This document shows, in pieces, positions 1 through 10,261 of a stretch of 64,000 nt of DNA. The stretch comes from Vicugna vicugna (lineage: Eukaryota), in assembly GCA_013265495.1 (NCBI GenBank), contig MU058259.1:328437-392436 (forward strand), read 5' to 3'. How positions within the stretch are numbered: the stretch's first letter is position 1; every line of letters begins with the position of its first letter. The position numbers and the translations under genes are program-made. Under the pieces are notes generated by a model. That model was not told where the DNA came from. It made no database searches and saw nothing but the letters and a program-made list of their open reading frames with translations.

Positions 1-1737
1 TTAAGGTGCAGGGCCCACGGTGGTAGGGGGGCTGCCGCGCGGAAGCCGGTCATTTCGCTCCGCTCTCCCCCGCGGCAGAGCCAGGGGCGGCTTCTGCTGC
101 CCTAGAGGCGGGACGCCGGTCTCCAGGTGACATTTTAGGTTATTGGGTCACAGATTGCTGGCACACTCATCCCTGTTCTCAAACATCTTTTAAACTTGGG
201 TGAAGTGATAAGTAGGGGAAGATGATTTACTGAAAGAGTCTCCCGAGAAGAGATTCAGACTGAACAGCTTTGTGTCAGACTTTGGAAGACCGCTGGTGCC
301 CAAGGTGTTCTCTGGCAGGGCAATGACGAATCTAGGTCCCTCTTTCACTGCTACGTCAATGAAGTGGACCACTTGGACAAGGCCAAAGCTGGTATCTCAA
401 CCATTGCCCTTGACAGTGATATTCGGCTCCAGGAAGCCATCAGATGCATCAGGTGGCCAGAGGAGGAGCCGAACAGGCTCATGAAATGTAACATCCCCAA
501 CTTCATCAACACGGACCAGAACTCTTCCTTTGGGGAATATGATCTCCTGATTTTGGAACCACCGGTTGTTCTAGAAAATAAGGCAGTTGCCCAGACCTCA
601 CACAAAGACTTGAATTGAGAAATGTGCTTTGTCAAGTGTCTTTCTGAAAATGTGAAGTCTGTCTTTGTATGGCAGGAAGTCCCCTTTCACAAAATTGTAC
701 GTGTTTGTGTCTGAGAGAGAGAACTGGAGACAGACAGAAAGACGAAGAGACAGAAGAGAGCCCCCCTCAGAAGAGAGCTTGTTAAGGAGGAGGATCAATC
801 CATGCTGCATTTTATGACAATCCTGTACCCAGGAATGCACGGACGGTTATCAGCTGAGTGAGGGGAGGTGCCTCTGTGTCCCCGTGTCCCTGTATCTCTG
901 TCTGCTCTCAGTGCCCTGCCACCGGCTACTGAACAAGAAAAGTGCTATTCACCATGTTGTGTGTTTTCCAAATGTGTAGGTGATGGTCTTGTGGCTCGTG
1001 CGTGGGCTTTGATTTGGGATGGTGAAGGGCTTATAAATACCTCATCAACATGTATTCGAGGTGGCCTGGTGCCACACAGATTTGATTCATGAAGGCATCA
1101 AGCCTGCACACTGGTTTGGAAACAACTTGGTTTTGATCATTCACACTGCATGCATGACTCGCTGCTAATCTCTGGGTGGTTTTTTCATTTCAGATTTATT
1201 CACCCCATGTCTTGCTTAAGCTGAAAAATACATTTATTTCACCAGAATATTCTCTGATTCTTTGTTTACACACATCCAGTTTTTTTAATTCCTTTAAAAA
1301 TGATTCTGTGTTTATAATGCCTCCTAATTTCTATCATCTCTATGTTGCCAGTGGCCTGAGACATGCACCAGATTTGATGCCGGAACAGTTCCACCAAAAG
1401 AAATCCCTTTGCCGTAATATCTTTTGAGGAAAATATTATTCTTTAAGGCTCTAACAGTAAATCGTAGAAGAAAGCATGGAACATTTCTTGTAGTTAATAC
1501 ATGTTCATGCGAAAAGAAATGATATTTTCATTAAACAATGTTGATTTTAATAACTTTTACAAATGTGAATATTATTATTCATAATTTAAGTAACCAGATA
1601 AAACCACAGTTATTTATTATGAAGATTGAAAACTATTTATACGGTCTCTTAATTAGAAGTAGCTTTATTAGAAGACTGAAGGGTATTTAAAAGATGGAAA
1701 AATACCCATGATGACAGCATCATTTTTATTAACTAAA
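1..1737 (+). pseudogene. MRAP2: Processed pseudogene (retrocopy) of melanocortin-2 receptor accessory protein 2; coding homology 236-618, then 3'UTR-like sequence; both ends uncertain
   Basis: 236-313 reads ESPEKRFRLNSFVSDFGRPLVPKVFS and 316-618 reads QGNDESRSLFHCYVNEVDHLDKAKAG...EEEPNRLMKCNIPNFINTDQNSSFGEYDLLILEPPVVLENKAVAQTSHKDLN*. Both match the recalled MRAP2 C-terminal half. There is a 1-nt frameshift at ~314 and no polypyrimidine acceptor before 236, and a GC-rich exon-1-like block (1-126) lies only ~110 bp upstream. Confidence 0.9.
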
Positions 1738-1905
1738 TATCAAGAACTGTGCAGGGTTAAGATTTAACCCTCTGCAAACTGCCAAGTTAGCATGAGGTAG
1801 TTTGTGGATGCTGCCAGAAGACAGGACACTCCCCCAGGATCAGAGACAAAGGACTTCCTGCCAGCACAGCAGGCAGCCTGTGGTTCATGTTCATGTTGGT
1901 TCCTG
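1738..1905 (-). mobile_element. ERV LTR 3' end fragment (subfamily not assigned)
   Basis: tatcaagaactgtgcaggg...ggatgctgccagaagac...tcagagacaaaggactt resembles the reverse complement of an LTR terminus (recalled consensus). Confidence 0.6.
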
Positions 1906-2213
1906 AGTTCCTTTCCTATTGCTTTTGTAACAAAGGACCACAGACTCAGTGGCTTAAAGCAATACACATTCATAGTCTCACTGTTCTAGGGTGCAGAAGT
2001 GCAAAGTCAACGTCAGTGGGCTAAAACGAACGTGAGGCCAAGATTACGTTCCACACCGAGGCTCTAGGGAGAGATTCGTCTTCCTACCTTTCCCCGCTTG
2101 CAGAGGTGCTCACACTCCTTGGCCCAGGGCCCTGTGTCACTGTGACCTCTGCTGCCACTTTACATCTCTGTCTCTGACTATATAGATATAGAGGAAGAGT
2201 CTTCTAAGGACCC
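1906..2213 (-). mobile_element. MaLR LTR fragment (MLT1C/D/E-like)
   Basis: tttcctattgct..tgtaacaaa..accacagactcagtggcttaaagcaa...gaggctctagggagagattc is typical MLT1 in antisense. Confidence 0.8.
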
Positions 2214-2603
2214 TTTTTCCTAAATGGACATTGTATCCCTATTTATGTGCAGATTAAAACCCCTTCCCTCCAGGTTGCGGTGGCATCAGCTCACAAGATG
2301 ACCACTCTGGGCTTTAAGTGTCCTCTTTGTATTGTCACCTGGGATATTCTCTCTCCATAGTTAGCTCTGTGTTACTTTTGTTGTTGTATTTTACCCGGCA
2401 TTACTGAAAGTTTTACTTAAAAGGGATCCTAATTAGCTCTGTTTACCTGTTTCCAGAGCTGAAAGCTTCAGTTCTAGAGTATCTGTTTGATTTTTCTTAA
2501 AAATACATTCCAGTATATTTCTCTGGTGAAAGTCTTTACCCTGTTATCTATTCTCCCATCATTTCCTTATTTTCTTGAATATATTAAAAGTATTTTATAG
2601 CCT

Positions 2604-3012
2604 TAAAAAAATCTGGTTTGTAGCATTTGCCAATTTCCGTGGTGTAAATCCTCCCTCCATGGCTGATTTCAAGCAACCAACGTGATGAGGGGTCAGGGAG
2701 GGGCAGCACAGGATGATATAGTATTTCCATTGTCCAGACACGAGACTAAAAAACCCTCAGAAGCATAGATAATAGAAAATATAATAAAATGAATAGTAAA
2801 TGATGAGCACTGAATGTTTAGTACCTTTGTTTTTAATATTTTTATATAGCTATATAGTTATTCAATTTACTTTTTAATAATGGCAGTATTTAAAGTAACT
2901 AGCTCACACAATTCCTGAAAGCTGAACAATCAGCTTTTGTGAGCCAGTGTGGGCAGATATGAGCCAATATGAGCTGGTATGAACCAGCACAGGCCAGCTC
3001 TAGAGCATCGCT
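2604..3012. mobile_element. MER63 (hAT-Blackjack) MITE, one terminus missing
   Basis: gtagcatttgccaatttccgtggtgtaaat...gcatagataatag...aattcctgaaa...gagccagt matches recalled MER63B. Confidence 0.8.
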
Positions 3013-3444
3013 GCTTGTAGGAGCCGAGCCAGGGAGGGGGGCGAAGTGTGTTTGTGTGAGCTCCAGAAGGCTGGTGCCAAGGAGGTAAGATGCCGGGGTT
3101 CCTGTGTCAGGGCTTTAGCCATAGGCCTGTCCCACTTACTCCCATTGTGTCCCCCTTCCTTTCCAGTTGCTCTGAAGAGCTGCCTAGATCTTTCTTGCTC
3201 CTTTCTCCAGCTCTTGCCCAGCTCCTCCCCCCAGTCCCAAGCTCAGCTCATAGGGAACCACTTCTGCCCTGCCCATAGCTGGAAGGGCTTTAGAAGCCCC
3301 ATCTCCAAGGAGAGCCATGAGCCTAATCCTGGGGCTGAAGAAGGCTTCCTTTCCCTTAGGCCATTTTTCTTTCTTGCCATGCACATCCCAGAGCAGAGAC
3401 AGAACCCCAGAGTGGGAAGGGCCCTAGGAAGCTGCTAGGTGCCT

Positions 3445-3870
3445 GCCCATTTTACAGATCTGGAAATGGAGCCCCAGAGAATGCAAGGGGTCTTGCCCTG
3501 GGTGCACTGCCTGCCTGTAGACCTGGAGGATCTTGGCAAGCTGCACGTCTTTTCCCACACACAGTCCATACAGGTTTTGAGTGTCAGTTCTGTACCAGGC
3601 AGCGTACCAGGTGCTGAAGACTCGCCAGCAACAAGCCTGCCATGGTGCCTGTGTAGGGGGCAAGGAGTTCACTTTGGACGTGTCAAATAAGAGGCAGTTT
3701 CAAACCAACCTAGGTCGGAATCTTGGCTGTGCTATTTAGAAGCTGCATGACAAGTCACTTCAACTCTCTGAGCCTCAGTTTCCTCTTTTTTATATGGAGA
3801 ATGTGGCACTTCTTGGGGGGTTGTTATAAGACTTTAACGGGGTGATGTAAGTGCCTGGCCTGGAGTAAGA
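3445..3870. mobile_element. Cluster of MIR (3445-3510, -), L2 3' tail (3560-3640, -) and MIR (3709-3870, +)
   Basis: cccattttacagat; ctgtaccaggcagcgtaccaggtgctg; tctctgagcctcagtttcctc MIR core. Confidence 0.7.
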
Positions 3871-5548
3871 GTTTATTGTATGATGGGAGAGGAGAGGCAC
3901 ACGTCAGAGCATGTGGTAGTTGCTGCAGTTTGCCCAGTATCCTGGGCTATGCTGAGGGATGTGGGATGGAGGCACTAGGACCCACTCTCCCTGCTCTGCC
4001 TGCATGGACCAGACAGCATGTGCTCCCAGCCCTCTAGGGGCCCAAGGTGGGCGAGCCTCCTTCTGCCTAACTCTGGGCCCCATCATCTTAACACTGAAGC
4101 AGGGTCCAGAACCGGCCATGTTTCTGGAGGCCCTGCCCTTTCTCCTCTACCACACAGTGCCTCCTGGGGGTCTCCAGCCATACAGTATCGTTTTGAGTGT
4201 CAGTTCTGTATGCTCTTCCTGAGCGACAATCTGGGAGAGGTCAGCTTGACTTTTGTCCTTAACCCTTGGCTGTGGCCCAGGTTGGGGGAGCACTAGTCCT
4301 GTCCAACTAGGGAAGCTAGCAGCCCCATTGCCAAGCATGAACACCATGGGCCCCCTGCCTGCCCTGTCTTCGGGCCTGGGTAACCCAGGGAGGATGAGCA
4401 AGCCAGCAAGTACTGTGCCTGCACTGTGGCCAGTATTTCCCCAAGCATGGCATTTTGGAGAAGCACATCCAGACCCACACATGTAAGAGGTCCTTCCTGT
4501 GTGCCACCTGTGGCATTGAATTTGTGACCCAGAACAACCTATATAAGTACAGGCAGATCCAGACACACCGCAGCAACTCCCATCTGTCCTGAGTTTTGTG
4601 GGGATACTGTAGCCTTCTGGAAGAGGGAGACGGGCTGGAGAGACTCTCAGGACGGAGGGAGTGTGATGGGATATCAGAGGGACCTCCGGGCACCCAGGGT
4701 GCTAGGCAGTGTCCAATGTCCACTACGCATCTGTCCTTTGCTGCCAACAACCTAGATGTGAAGTCAGAAGCTGTTCCCTGTCCAGGTCCCCATTTGCCAA
4801 CAGGGAACCCCTTTAGACTCTAAAATATGACTTCCTCTGGGTTCTCTGGCATAAGGTGCCAGAGTAGATGTCGACTCTGACTGCCAAAAAGCCTTGGCTG
4901 CTGCAGTGACAGCAGGCAACCTCCCTGGAGAAGTCCTTGGACAGGCACCAAGGCCTCAGAGAGCAGGTGGGAAAGAGTGAGAGCACAGACTCCAGCTACC
5001 TGCCCTCCTCCAGCCACACAGAGCTGCTGCCGGTCCCTCCAGCACCCTGTGCCTGCAAGGACTCCTTCCATTTTGACGTCCAGGTGCTGGAGCCCAGTGG
5101 AGGAAGTACACCACCCTCTGCTTAGCCCTCTCTGCCTTCACTCCTCTGGACAAGTCTTGGCACCTCTTCTTTCCCCCTTTTTCCATTCAGTTCTCCACCC
5201 CTGCAGAATGCGTGCAGGTCGTCAGGAGCAACCTGCTGCTCTTCACCGAGGGCAGCACCACATGGCGCACCCTTGGAGTCCTTTGGTGTCTCCTTAGCTT
5301 CTTCTTGGGTTGTCCTGAGGCATGCAAGGCTGAGGGCAAAGGAACCCCCATTTCACTGTGGTCACCAGGCAATGTCTCAAGACCCTAGATGGTAGTGGCT
5401 TCCTCGGGCCCTTGCTTCTCTGGAAGATAATGCCTGTTCCCCAAAGTACCTCCTCATGTTACCTCCGGGGGAGACCCACTCACCACTGCCAGGATTCTGT
5501 CTGTGGGAGAGGGTGACCCAGGGAATTGGCATCCTTTCTTGGGTCAAG

Positions 5549-5716
5549 GATGGATGTCCGCTTCATGGACGTGTGACCTGTGCTCTGGCTTCAGAAGGGC
5601 ACCATGCTTGGCTTAATGTTTTGCTGTTGGTGTCTTGAAACTTTTAATAATTTTTGAACAAGGGACCCTGCACTTTTATTCTGCACTGGGCTCCCAAATT
5701 GCACAGGTGGTCCTGC
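5549..5716. mobile_element. MER91A (hAT-Tip100) MITE
   Basis: gcttcatggacgtgtgacctgtgc...gtcttgaaacttttaataatttttgaacaaggg...gcactgggctcccaaatt. Confidence 0.8.
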
Positions 5717-6262
5717 AAATGGGGATGTTAACCAGTGCACAAGTGAGGGGTCAGCCTTAGCTAAGAACAGACAGTTCGTCTATAGTGGAGGAGAGGCATG
5801 GGCAAGGTAGGTTGGTGGATATAGTGGTGGGAACCTGAGAGGCTTCTCTCTGACTGCTTCTACCTTTCCAATGGAATGAAACAAAGGTCATCAGGTGAGA
5901 GTAAGGAAGAGAGAGAAGTATTTGTGATTTAAAGAAACAAGGTATGGTGTGAAGTAGTAGTCTGTGAGAGTGGGCTGACTGGGTCCTTCCCAACTTCTGG
6001 GATGATTCATGGGCCCCTCAGGAGGCACTAGGTTTAGAGGGTCTGAGAGGGTCAACTGGCCAGGAAGGACTTCCCTTCTAACCCAATAGACAGGCTGCTG
6101 GAGCCAACCTTGACAACAGTTGTTCAGTCTGGGGAAGAGCTTCAAAAACAGGCCCACCTGACTGAGGTGAGTGCTTGATCGAGCTGTCCCCATCCCCCAC
6201 CCCCACCCCGGTCTCTGAGTGGAAATGCATGATGGTCTGAACTGCAGGTAGCCAAAGATAAA

Positions 6263-6905
6263 CCACTGAAACCACTCTTATCAAGGATGCTCATGATCTT
6301 TGTGTTGCCAGATCCCATGGTCAGTTCTTAGCCCTCATCCTACTTGACCCATCAGCAATAGTAACACATTTGATCACCATCTATCTCTCCCTTAAATTCT
6401 TATTTGGTCTCTGAGACACCACCCTCTCTTAGTTTGCCTTTTCCCTTACTGATTTCTCTTTCTCACTCTCCTTTCCTGTAGTACTTCCTTATCTTCCTAA
6501 CCTCTAAGCTTTGGAGCACCCCAAGACTTGGTCCTCAGGTCTTTCCTCATTCCCTCTCACTCCCTAGGTGATTTTACCCAAGCCCACAGCCTAAAACACC
6601 CCCTATATACTGATGCCTCCCAAGTTTGTATCTCTAGCTCAGACCTCTCTTGTAAACTCCATATTTGTATATCGACCTTCCTACTGGACATCTTGACTAG
6701 GAGGTCTAACACACATCTCAACTCAAATGTAACTCAAATGGAGCTCCAGATACCTCTCACAAACCTCTTGCCCTGCAGACTTCTCCATCTCAGTGAACAC
6801 CCGAAGCGCTGCCTCTGGTGCCTCTCAGAAAGACGAATCCTTCCTCCACTCCCCCATTCCCCAGACCAACTCCAGATAGAGCCCACTCACTTCTATCTTA
6901 AATCC
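6263..6905 (+). mobile_element. L2 LINE fragment (3' ORF2 region)
   Basis: ccactgaaaccactcttatcaagg (STETAL-like), tgatgcctcccaagtttgtatctctagc, catctcaactcaaatgt are typical L2 motifs. Confidence 0.8.
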
Positions 6906-7754
6906 TGAGTGGCAGAGCCTTGGTCCTGTGCCTGCTCCCCAGCTGCAGGGGAGGCTGGGAGAATGAATTCCAACTTTTGCCTTGAGAAAGGAAGTTTTCC
7001 AAACCTAGGAAGGGTTTTCAAAAGATGCTGAGTAGCCACAACTTACCATTTTCTCATGTTCTATGAGGAAATCTGAGTACAAACTCTTTTGAGAGTTTTT
7101 TAATAGTCACCTAATATTTTACACTTGAATGTACTACATCCAAGCCAATAGCCTTATTTTTTAATCCCCAGCAACGTGCCTTAGTCAAGTGTATCCAATA
7201 ACTCTCAGGCTTTTAATATTTTTTTCCATCAATGTAGGTCATATCTAATTAGATTACAGAATTCTAATGATAACTATAAGCATAAAAATGTTTGGGGACA
7301 AATTCTGCTCACTGTTTGCTAAATATTCAACTCAAACAGTGAGAACAGTATTCTGGCATCTTAGGCAGTAGCTCTCCAGCCCTGAGCAGTTTCAGGCCCT
7401 GGGCATCAGTATTGTTTCCAGTTGGGGGGCATTGGTTAATCAGTTGAATCAAGTAGGCAGAGATGGGCTGAGAGCTTCTGCATGCTTTACTTATTACTAT
7501 TAGAAGAGTGATGACTTTACATTTCATGTCTATGTGGATTCCATTTTCGTGTTTAACACGTGGGATCTCATGTGTTCCCTGCCCCATATTCAAGGAAAGG
7601 CTGATTCTCTTTCAGAACCCTTTGCTGACACGTCAGTCTGTTGCCTCCTGGAAGAATAGTGTGTGCTTCTAGCCTGATTCTGAAACAATATGATTGCAAG
7701 GAGAAAAAATTTTTTATGTATATTTAATTTTTATTTATATATATTTAATGTATA

Positions 7755-7881
7755 TACACAATTTATTAACTAACCAGGACATTTTTTGAGAGTAAAGGGG
7801 TCCTATTAAAAATTAGGATGGAACAGCAAGTTTAAAAATTGAGATGTTTGTCTTGGTAAAGTGGAACATCTGATAACCCTG
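7755..7881. mobile_element. MER94 (hAT-Blackjack) MITE
   Basis: caggacattttttgagagtaaagggg...atctgataaccct matches recalled MER94. Confidence 0.65.
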
Positions 7882-8305
7882 GTACATAAATGCTCATGCA
7901 ATGGCAGTCTTCTCCAAAGCTCATAGAGAGGCTTGTGAGCATTGTCAACATGGTAAAATTTATTTATTCTATGCCATATGGGGGTTGTACTGATTTGGGG
8001 GATTGAGATAAACCCTTTATCTCAGTTTTAGCTGTGGTGTGGTAGCATTCCAGGACAGACTGCTTGAGATAGACACACAAGGATAATACAATCCTATCTG
8101 GTAAGATTTTGACCCATATCTGGAAAACCAACATCTGGTTCTGGTTCCAAACCACTAAGTTCTGGTATGTACTTAGGCTGTGCCAGCTCAGAGAGTTGGA
8201 GAGTGATGGATACCACTTTGTTTATGCTTGAAAATGCCATACCCTGCAATTGCATTGTGTATTGTATAACTCCAAGATTGATGAGGTGTACCTGAACCAA
8301 TGGTT

Positions 8306-8533
8306 TGAGTCTTCCCAGCCCAGGTGCCAGACCATGTGAATGAGTGAGCTTTCAGATAATTTCAACCCCAGCCATCTGCATCCATCTGAGAGATCCTGGG
8401 CCAAAACCTGCCCAACCAAGCCAATCTCAAGTTCCTGACCCATAGAAATTGGGAAAGATAATAAATTATTGTTATTGTTTGAAGCCGCTAAGTTTATGCA
8501 GTGATTTTCTAGGCATTAATGAATAACTAGAAT
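8306..8533 (+). mobile_element. MaLR LTR 3' half (MLT1H-like)
   Basis: gtcttcccagcccaggtgccagaccatgtgaatga...gagatcctgggccaaaacctgccca...ttgtttgaagccgctaagttt. Confidence 0.75.
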
Positions 8534-8744
8534 AGGGACCTATATGCTGTCTCAACAGAGTGTCCAACAATCAATGGATTTCATGAGTTGGAACTTCAAG
8601 GGAGAGCTCAATGCTGAAGATGATAATTTGTGGAGAATCTGAATATACATTGTGGTTAAAAGGGCTGAAGATGAAACCACAGGCCAATGTATCCATGAAA
8701 AAGGTCAAGGAGTGATAGAGAGTTAAGCCTTGGTTTCCCAAACC

Positions 8745-9285
8745 CTACTTTCTCATGGCTCCCCTCTGTCTCATTGGCCATTGCTTCTCAGTGTCTTTGC
8801 TGCTTTCTCCTCATTTCTCTGGCCTCTAAGCTTTGGAGTCCCAGGACTTAGACTCAGGCTGCTTCTGTCCTATACATAGACAATCTTATCTAAACTTGTA
8901 ACTAAATACTATCCTTGTGCTGACGACTCCTCACTTTGATTCTCCAGATCTAACCTCTCTTTTTAACTCCAGACACATGTATCCAACTGCCTGCCATACA
9001 TCTCCACTTGGAGGTCTACTGGGAATCTCAAGCTCAATGTATCCAAAAGCAAACTCTCAGCTTTCTACAAAACATGCTCCCCATCTCAGTAAATAACCAA
9101 TCCATCATTTATATGGCTCAGGAAAAATTTCGGGTCATGTTTGAATTCCTCCACATGTTTGGCCCATCCACAAATCCTTTTGGTTGTACTTTCAAAATAT
9201 ACCCAGAAGCCACCTACTTCTCACTATTTTCACCACTTCCTCCCTAGTCCGAGTCACCATTGACTCCCATCTGGTAGATGACAGT
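8745..9285 (+). mobile_element. L2 LINE fragment
   Basis: gctgacgactcc..tctccagatc..tccagacacatgtatccaactgcctg..catctccacttgga..tctcaagctcaatgtatccaaa. Confidence 0.75.
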
Positions 9286-10088
9286 GATGAAGAGAGAGAG
9301 TGAGTGGGACAGCCAGAAGATAATGATTCAGAACAGGAGGTTTATTTTTTATGTTTTATTAAATTAAACCCTTTCTTTAAGATAATTGTAGATTCCCATG
9401 CAGTTAAGAAGTAACACAGAGGGATCCAGTGTTTCCCAGAAGGGTAACATCTTGCAGAACTATAGTACAATATCACAGCCAGGATATGGACATTGATACA
9501 GTTAAGATACTGAACATTTCCATCACCGCAAGGATCCCTCTACTGGCCTTTTAAAACCATGACCCACCTATCTTCCACCCCTCCACCCCTTCCCTAACCA
9601 ATGGCAACCATTACTCTATTCTTCATTTCTAAAATTTTGTCAGTTCAAAAGTGTTATAAAAGTGTTCTCATACAGCTTGTAATTAGGGATTGACATTTTC
9701 ACTCAAATAATTCCCCAGAGATTCATCCAAGTTTTTTTTGTGTCTCAATAGTTTATTCCCTTTTGTTGCTGCATGGTACCGTAGCTTGTTTAACCATTCA
9801 CCTGTGGTAGAACATCTGTTTTTTTTTTTTCAATTTGGGGCTGTTATGAATAAAGCAGCTATGGACATTCATGTGCAGGTTTTTTTGTGAACATAACTTT
9901 TCATTTTCCTGGGATAAATGCCCAGCAGTACAATTGCTGAATCATGTGAGAGTTGCATGTTTTATTTTAAAAAAATTGCCAAACTACTTTCCAGTGTAGC
10001 TGTGCCATTTTACATTCCCACCGATAGTTTATGAGTCATCCAGTTTCTCTGCATCCTTGCCAGCATTTGGTGTTGTAATTGTTTTTTA

Positions 10089-10261
10089 AAAATTTTTTTT
10101 GCCTTTTTGGGGGAAGGTAATTCGATTTCTTTCTTTTTTCTCCCTCCCTCCCTCCCTCTCTTCCTTCCTTCCTTCCTTTCTTAATGGAGGTACTGGGGAT
10201 TGAACCCAGGACCTCGTGCATGCTAAGTGCACACTCTACCATTGAGCTATACCCTCCCTCC
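10089..10261 (-). mobile_element. Vic-1-type camelid tRNA-derived SINE nested in the L1MD
   Basis: The reverse complement gagggagggtatagctcaatggtagagtgtgcacttagcatgcacgaggtcctgggttcaatccccagtacctccattaag carries A and B boxes, followed by a purine-rich linker and A-tail. TSD-like flanks are taattgtttttta (10076-10088) and tcactgtttttta (10262-10274). Confidence 0.85.

Noticed and set aside
236..618. Functional MRAP2 last exon
   Set aside because: It has a frameshift at ~314, no acceptor or polypyrimidine tract upstream, and exon-1-like GC-rich sequence almost adjacent. The nearby ATG at 222 stops after three codons.
4718..4735. ITIM-like VHYASV peptide suggesting an immune-receptor exon
   Set aside because: It is a six-residue match with no convincing splice sites or associated Ig/TM exons, which is expected by chance.
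10185..10260. tRNA gene
   Set aside because: It is a SINE head: it continues into a SINE body and A-tail with TSD-like flanks.
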